DNA from: Octopus sinensis
Taxonomy: Eukaryota
NCBI RefSeq assembly: GCF_006345805.1
Contig: NC_043013.1
Span: 30,690,001 to 30,754,000, forward strand
Length of the DNA stretch: 64,000 nt
Reading direction: 5' to 3'
This document shows, piece by piece, positions 56,160 through 64,000 of this stretch. The position numbers and the translations under genes were made by a program. The notes under the pieces were generated by a model, which was not told where the DNA came from, did not search any database, and worked only from the letters and a program-made list of their open reading frames with translations. The number at the start of each line of letters is the position of its first letter. Position 1 is the first letter of the stretch.

Positions 56160-56470
56160 TACCGATGTCTTCTTCTACATTGGGGCAACTACTTCTAAAT
56201 TATCCCAGAGGATTCCCAATCATTATTCAACTTTCCGAGATAGGAGAAAACAACAAAGCACAGAACTAAGTAAATTAGTTTGGCGTCTTAAGGACAGCAA
56301 TATAACATTCAAGCTGGAATGGTCCATATTGTCTGTATCCTTTCTGTTTGATAAGGGCAGAAAATTTTGTGGCGTCTGTAATTCCGAACTTTTCTATATA
56401 TTGTTCGCCAAATTCCCTTTAGTAAATACAATGGTTGAAAAATCCTATAGGTACATGCACTGACAGAAAC
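56160..56470 (+). mobile_element. Penelope-like GIY-YIG endonuclease remnant (second family)
   Basis: FYIGATTSKLSQRIPNHYSTFRDRRKQQSTELSKLVWRLKDSNITFKLEWSIL...RKFCGVCNSELFYIL. Confidence 0.75.
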
Positions 56471-57047
56471 ACACCTTTCACTCATATGAATGATGATTAA
56501 TATAGATAACCTCCTTGAATTTAATAATTTGGTTAAATTTATACAACACCACCATAGACAAATGTTTATACTCATAAAGGGCTACTACGAAATTCGTTGA
56601 GGTCTGTTTTGTCTCTCTACCTCGACCTCCTCTCTCTCTCTCTCCCCCTCTCTCTATCGTAAGCACAATCAAACACACAGACACAAACCTGTCACTTCGC
56701 CACTGTTTGTTTTTGACATCTACCCAACCACACACACAATCACGCACACACATACACACACATAGACACGAATGCAGTTATATACATACACACACATAGG
56801 CACTCAATCGCAAAAACAAACAACAACACATCACCATTCATATGACTTGCACCCTGTCACCTTCCTATTCTTAGATCTCTCCCCTCCAACCTTGTTTGAA
56901 CTCTTGAACCTTCTAGAATCTTCTACATTCAACCATTTTTGACTTCACTGCTTATAACGGAATATTTTAAAGAAACACTCATTATCGCTATGGACACCGT
57001 GTGGGCAGTCATCTAAGTGTATTTGTTCATCTTGATGCTGACATAAG

Positions 57048-57146
57048 TTCCTTGTTTTTCCTGATGAGAAGGCGGCATAATGCACCCCTTATTCCTTCGA
57101 AATTAGAAATATGCAGCCTTCGAAACATATGTCAAGAATAAAGGAA
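57048..57146 (+). ncRNA. type I hammerhead ribozyme motif
   Basis: CTGATGA (57061)-GAAGGCGGCATA...TATGCAGCCTTC-GAAA-CATATG-TC/AAGAATAAAGGAA. Stem I is partly decayed. Confidence 0.75.
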
Positions 57147-57185
57147 TTTTATTAAATCGTCGTTCAACTCCATTCTTTCATTTAT

Positions 57186-57240
<55 letters not shown>

Positions 57241-57348
57241 GATAAATAGATAGATAGATAGAGAGAAAGATAGATAGATATGAATGTTTCTGTTTCTATA
57301 CCGCCATACATATATAACTATGTGTAAATGAATAAATTTTAAAGGCTA

Positions 57349-57513
57349 GGTGCAGGAGTGGCTGTGTGGTAAGTAGCTTGCGTACCAACCACATGGTTCC
57401 GGGTTCATTCCCACTGCGTGACACCTTGGGCTAGTGTCTTGTACTGTAGCCTCGGGCCTACCAAAGCCTTGTGAGTGGATTTGTTAGACAGAAACTGAAA
57501 AAGAAGCTCGTCG

Positions 57514-57569
<56 letters not shown>

Positions 57570-57925
57570 CGTGATCACCGTGACCGACCAGGTTATCAGA
57601 TGTTGCTACACATCGCTTGTCACAATGTGCTTTGCAATGTTTTAGCCTTCAAATGACGCCACCCCGCTGGCTAAGCGAGCAGGCCAATATATATATGTAT
57701 ATATATGTGTGTGTGTTTATATTTTTATGTGTCAGTGTTTCTGCCCCCCCCCCCAGCGTCGCTTGACAACCGATGCTGGTGTGTTTACGTCCCCCGCAAA
57801 TGAGACCGATAGAATAAGTATTAGGCTTACAAAAAATAAGTCCTTGGGTTGATTTCTTCGACTAAAGGCGGTTCTCCAGCATGCCGCAGTCAAATGATTG
57901 AAACGAGTAAAAGTGTAAAGAGTAT
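57349..57925 (+). mobile_element. full-length CORE-like SINE with a ~125-bp insert in its (TA)n
   Basis: Aligns with 29437-29852. The insert spans 57565-57688. Confidence 0.9.
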
Positions 57926-58326
57926 AGAGAAATCTTGATGTTAAAGTTAGTACAACAACTGCAGATCGGATTAGAAAAAAAAAGAAAAAGCACGTAAATT
58001 CAAATCTGAAAATCAGATGTCAAGTAGAACGAAATGATGGCACAGGAAGTGTCCTATCAAATTGCATGGGCACTGAAGGAGTTATATTGTAAACTTATGT
58101 CATATAGATGTGTGGATGGATGTCTGTATGTGGTTGTGTGTGTGTGCGTGTCTGTTTATGCCGCGTGCGTGTGTGTGTTTGTGTCGGGGGTGTCTGTATG
58201 TGAATACTAATGGTACATTATTCACAACAGAATGAGTGAAAATATTAGGGATTCTCCTGACCGAATTTTCCACAGTTGACCGCTCCTCAGAATGTACGTT
58301 CCAGTCTCCTTTGCAATTAAATAGAT

Positions 58327-58585
58327 TTTATCAAGTGTCAGGAAATTAGTTAAAACCGTGATAATTCCTCTAATATCTGTGTGTGTGTGTGCGTGTTTGT
58401 GTGTATGCGTGCATGCGTGCGTGCGTGTGTATGTGTGTATGTATGTGTGTGCAGTTCACAGATACGTTTCAGGTATTGTTCGTATAGTAAACAGTACAAC
58501 TCATAATATTCATAATTAGACTCCGATATGTTTATCAACTGTAAGGAAATTAGTTAACACCGTGCTAATTCCTCTAATGTCTATG
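58327..58585 (+). repeat. two ~50-bp direct repeats, each followed by (TG)n
   Basis: TTTATCAA.TGT.AGGAAATTAGTTAA.ACCGTG.TAATTCCTCTAAT at 58327 and 58531. Confidence 0.75.
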
Positions 58586-58749
58586 TGTGTGTGTGAGTTT
58601 GTGTGTGTGTGAGTGTGTGTGTGTATGTGTGTGTGTGTGTGTATGTCAATAGGGTGGAGAAGGTCATACATTACACATCATAATGCAGAGAAGTTCAAAG
58701 ACGGAAAATATTTAGTATATCTCTCCACAAGTTAAAGAACGTTGTAATT

Positions 58750-59505
58750 ATCAAGCAGCTACCCTTTACATAGAACTTGCTAACTGGCTTGGTTTCCTTT
58801 TAACGAGAGCCATTACCTTTGCAGATTCTATTTCATTTACCTTGGGACCACATCCATTCTCAGCCCGCCGGACCATTGGTACATTTGTTATCGTTTGTTT
58901 CTCCTGCTTTACTTTGCACCTGTTAATCTACTCCATGCATGTCTTCACATTTGATTTCACCTGGTGAACTTCAGCATTCTTCTTGTATTCACTGTTGTCC
59001 AGGATGTTGGTGTCTCATTTATTGTGTTCCTCTCTTTCAGCCTTATCCTGACTCTTCTCGGATTCTATGAGGTCACTGGCGTCCTTTTCTTTTTCACCCT
59101 TTGTGCCTTCTCCGGCACTTTTCCCTAATAAGTACAAGTGTTGTTGTATTAAGGTATATGAGCGAAAGAGCTCATTTTTGCCATCTCAATTTAAGTTCTT
59201 CGGGGCCTCTGCAATACTAGTGTTTGTCGCCGTTCCTTCTGCCAGGTTCCCTGCGAGGAGCATTGTCTCAATTTCCTCAACGTTCTTAAAAAACAATCAC
59301 AGACACACTATAATTATTAAAGAAGTATATGATTTAGTACAGTAATTTACCAATTCTTTTCATAATGCAATGAATAACTTGAAAATAGCCAGTGAAATTA
59401 GTGAAGTTATACTTCCAATTGAAATTTATTGAATAATTGATGATTTACAGCTGATAGCATTTTTTCTGCTTTATTTTGCTTTTTACTGAATTTTCGGCGG
59501 CCATC
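58750..59505 (-). pseudogene. possible degenerate LINE 5' end / ORF1-like region
   Basis: Minus strand starts AAGATGGCCGCC, followed by a long purine-rich coding-like stretch with stops and a KFYVKGSC motif reminiscent of a CCCH finger. Confidence 0.3.
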
Positions 59506-61224
59506 TTGTTTCTTATAGGAATGGTATTTTTTCCTTTAGTTTGGTTCTGTCATTGTATAATAAATTTTCGTTAGTGCTCATTTTTTTAATTTTTAAACAC
59601 TTTAGCATTTTTTAAATACTTTGATTTTAAAAAAAATACTTTGCTGAATCTTTTATTGCTGTCATTTAAGATGGGATGATGTGGCTGTATCCGATCGTTG
59701 AGAAGACTTGTTGCATCGTTCATTATTTTGATCGGATATTATATGACATAGAACTAAAAGACACTTCGATGGGAGCTAAATACTACAAATTATTCAATTC
59801 ATGTAAAGAGCATTTTGCTCCAGCAATAATAATTTTAAACAAATGAGTCGACATTTTACATTAATAATATCGCTAGAGGCACGAAGTTCATACGGGGTAC
59901 GGGGGAGATGGTCACCCAACATCATAAAGAGCAATTCAGAGAAATGCTATATTATGAAGCAACAAAATCCATGAATGTAATAAAGATGAAAGGATATATT
60001 ATTTACGAATAGCAATTAAAATTCTTCTAAATGTTCGACCTCATGTGCCATATCACCTCTACTCCATTTATTTTTAATAATTGTCGAACAGCCTGTCAGT
60101 TATTCAATTTCATGTGAATAACGTACTGAAATAACTTTATACTTTGTACGTGCGTATAAAGTTCCGATGATTCCACTAACTTTCTATTACGGTGCAAACA
60201 AAATGGCTACAAAAATACAGAAATAATCTACTTGACAGTTATGGGTGCTAACTGCCGAAATATACTATTTAATTGTACGCAGATGTACGCAATAAAATAT
60301 TTAATGCATTCTGCCATTCAATTCGATAATTCTTGAAAATGCACTTGAAATGTATCTCCATATATCCAGGCGTTCACTTGCTTCTTAGTTTTCTTGAATG
60401 ACAATCTTGAATCCTCATTTTTTAGCAAAAATGTGTTCCCTTATTTTAAACTTGATTCATTGCTACGAGTCTAATTACAACACACATCGAACTTGCCAAT
60501 TTATGAGCATTGCAATTCGTCAATTTCTCTGCTTCTGCCAAATTTCTATGTATACTCCCTATTTTGGATATATTTTGCTACTTTGCAAATAGTTTTACAC
60601 GGCACAGATATCACTTCATTTCTTATATGATATTCCCGTAAATAGTTGCGTTATTATATATAATTGCATAGAAACACATATAGAGCAATACGTTTTAATT
60701 CCCCATTTGTATAAGTAGGTAATTGTAGTCCTAAATATACATAAGAATGTCATATAAGGACTGGCAAAGACAACCGAGACCAGAATATCTCAGAAGGGAT
60801 AAACATAGGGAAATTGAAGGCAAAGCTGCTGTTGCAACTAGTACCACGAGTTACGAGTTACATTTAGCTATAGGAATATCAATGTGTAAATTCTAAAGGT
60901 TTTACCACAGGTCGTTCTCAGATTGTATACAATAACATATTCCGAGAATGTTACATCCAATCTTAAACAACGAAATAATGATGAACAATCATATAAAGAG
61001 AAATAATAACAAGGTTAATTAAATAAGACAATGTGTATTCCTTAATTCCAAACCAGAAGTCCATATGACTTACCCGCAACATGATGTGTACAGGACAAAG
61101 TACTAATCTTTTACGCAGTGATTTTGTATAAAATTAATTTGCTTAAAATTAGTATAGGGTAATAACGTCAACTGGAAAAGCTTACAATGAACAATCACCA
61201 TAATCTGAAAAAGGTATTTCTAAT

Positions 61225-61650
61225 GTCATCATCATCATTGTTCATGGAATTTACTGTTACACCAGACTCCACGGTCCATCATTGCTTTACGGAGGTCCTG
61301 TTGCTGGATGCCTGTATCCCTGGAGATTATATCAGGGTAGGAGAGCATGCGCCATCTGGTATCGCGAACAGATGGCTTCCAGAGGAGAAGAGGAGAAATT
61401 ACCTCGTTTTCAGCTCTACAACAATGTCCAGCACACTGGACTATTCTACCTTTCACAAGAGATGATACAGGTGGTAATTTCCAATATATTTGTACTTTTG
61501 TTGGATGACGCTTCCACGAGAGATTTTGAGCTCTCATAAGGAGGCGAGTGTAAGTTCCATCCAACCGCATCTCAAGCTTCTTTGATAACGTCCAGGTTTC
61601 TGAGCCATACAGCAGAATTGGTTCGACTGTGGCTTTGAAGATTTTCAAAC
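61225..61650 (-). mobile_element. RTE-clade LINE 3' end
   Basis: FKATVEPILLYGSETWTLSKKLEMRLDGTYTRLLMRAQNLSWK...AGHCCR...LLLWKP; (TGA)n tail at 61225-61240. Confidence 0.85.
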
Positions 61651-62269
61651 TATAAATGATATGAATAAGATCTGGTCATCAAATCTAAGTAGAGATTTCA
61701 AACTAGATTTCTATTGTACAACGATGAATCCAAAATTATACACATTGATACAGCAAATACTTGACGTCTGTAACGAATTTCCAAATATTTTAAAATCAGG
61801 CGAGAGAAATAAAATATAGTAGAATGTTTACGTAATCCATGTAAACCTGTATGGCTGTATGGACTCTGTATTACGTAATATTAAAGCTATTACATAATCT
61901 TACCACGTCGTACTGTAATCTAACGTCGGACTGTTATAATGTCCACTCCAGTATAGGAGTATAGTTAGTTAGATATAACTATCTATGACCGACTCGCCTA
62001 CTTCTCGACGACACGACTTCCTGCGTCACAGTATTTGTAACGACCCTCACATACCACTCGTGATGTGGGAGGGGTGTTTCATTATTATTATCCCCATAAT
62101 ATCTCCCTTTTTATGTTTTTTCTCATGGAGTGTAATTTTATTTCTTTTTATTAACAATAAATTTTTCATCAGCTCACCTCCCTTTGTTTTTTAAAATTTT
62201 TCATACAGTTAAAAATTTTATATTTTTTAGTTTGGCATCCACTTCCAGGCACTCAGTACATTTTCTTTT

Positions 62270-63775
62270 TGTTTCGCTTGTGCATCTGGGTTCAATCATC
62301 TGTAATGGCGTTGGTACGTGAAAAGTATCAAATAACCATTTCATTGGTTCTTTCATTCTCTTAGGTTTGCTCTCAAAGAATCATTATTTTAGCTGATGTA
62401 TGTGTCCCAAGTATACCCATTTTCGTCCTTTTACCAAGTACAGCGTCTTCCTACGCCTTTGGTAATTACGCCGTCTTCCCAATTTTCTTTTCCGTTCTCA
62501 TAAGCCCTAAAAAATAAATTTCCGCAAATTTTGAAATATCTTGCTGAATTATCCATTGCAATTTTTCTTGTCTAACTCGATAGTAATTTGTCAAAAAATG
62601 ATTTTATTATCCTGGCAAACATAAGCCCCCACTGGTGACATACTTGCGGATGTGTTTGGATTTGGTGTCACTCGGTATACACTTAGGAATTGTTGTAGAG
62701 CTACCTCATCCGCCACGTCCTTATTCGACTGCCTATGGCTCTCTTGGACGTATCGATAAAGTGTTCTAGATGGTATGGTGCAGTAGTCACATGTTCTACA
62801 GCGAACGTTTTACAAACTTTTAAAACTCAAAATCACAGATTGCCTTCCATTATGAGACACCGTAGTGTACGGGACGTCAAATCTCGAAAACAGCTCATGT
62901 AGAAAATTTGTCGTTGTTGAGGAGGTTTGCTTTTTCCACCTACAAATTTCTAGCCATTTAGAGAAATTATATATTACCACTAAGTAGTATGAATAGTTTC
63001 AGGCACCAGCGAAAGCGATGGAACATCTACTTTTATTCAGGTTAATTTCTTATCGTCTGTAATTTTGCTGCTAGAGCACATCCTCTGCAACCTTTCGCTA
63101 AATTTTCAATTATCTAACCATTTGGGCCAGTATACGTAGGTACGCTTTCAATCTTTCATACTCGAAATACCAGGATGTTCAACATAGAATTCCCTTAAAA
63201 TTTTCTTTTGCAGTGTTCTAGGTATGACTACTCTCTATGGAAACATTAGCACACTATCACACATTGAGTATAAACTCACGTCTTGATTTCCTTTCGCGCC
63301 AATCATGGACCTGTCCACAATTTTCTATTTCTTGGCTCGCAATGTTTCAGTATCAGTTTGGACAAACCATCTGCTTGGTCTAATTTCTATGAGGGTAAAT
63401 ATTCTAATTTTAAAGCATAATTCAATAATGTAGTGCCCTTTCGCGGTGGTCTATCAGCTGTGTGTGTTGGTATTCCTTTTTTAGAACATTATATCGAGAG
63501 TAGTGGACGATAATCCGTTTGTTGAAGGAAACTGCATCCATCAATAAATCTATGGAAAATGTTAACACCCAATATAATTGCTAACGCTTCCTTTTCTATT
63601 TGGGTGTATTTTCTTTCTACTGTTAATAAAGATCGTGACGCATATGCTATATCCTTTTCATCCCCACCGTCATATTTGGGTAGAAGTACTGCTCCAACAC
63701 CGTAATCACATGCATCTCTAGCCAATATAATATCCTGCTGCGGATCAAAATACATTAACGATATGTTTGGTGTTA
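62270..63775 (-). mobile_element. Ty3/Gypsy LTR retrotransposon pol remnant (RNase H to integrase)
   Basis: [23 protein letters not shown]...IAYASRSLLTVERKYTQIEKEALAII...QTDYRPLLSI; SKKGIPTHTADR...QADGLSKL; integrase C-terminus FIDT...FLSVYRVTPN...SPVGLMF. Confidence 0.85.
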
Positions 63776-63779
63776 AAAT

Positions 63780-63784
<5 letters not shown>

Positions 63785-63877
<93 letters not shown>

Positions 63878-63884
63878 AACATAC

Positions 63885-63976
<92 letters not shown>

Positions 63977-63990
63977 ATATTTATATTATA
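63785..63990. repeat. (TA)n array
   Basis: Read directly. Confidence 0.95.
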
Positions 63991-64000
63991 TTGAGGGTAC

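Noticed and set aside
58250-58300. Minus-strand CTGAGGA...GAAA...GTC
   Set aside because: Stem II is weak, stem III is mismatched and stem I is absent. At best a heavily decayed motif.

Overview
AT-rich, gene-free eukaryotic window. It is almost certainly animal, and the SINE families plus extreme (TA)n/(TAGA)n/(TTA)n density suggest an octopus or other cephalopod (inference from memory, not searched). No intact host gene is supportable. The window is a mosaic of transposon relics: R4/Dong-like RLE LINEs embedded in (TAA)n, CR1/L2-like APE LINEs (one near-complete ORF2 at ~53-56 kb), an RTE fragment, a Gypsy pol remnant, several mariner/Tc1/maT remnants, tRNA-derived SINEs, and Penelope-like GIY-YIG remnants. 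It also holds a nested tandem segmental duplication (11.6-27.6 kb) with readable breakpoints. The most striking signal is a cluster of type I hammerhead ribozyme motifs between 46 and 57 kb. These include a ~500 bp element combining a tRNA-derived Pol III head with inverted hammerhead-bearing tails inside a 14-bp direct repeat (candidate Penelope-mobilised ribozyme SINE), and a core-variant (CCGACGA) hammerhead. A conserved 3' stem-loop is shared, with different stem sequences, between the SINEs and three LINE tails. All folds and alignments were done by eye.
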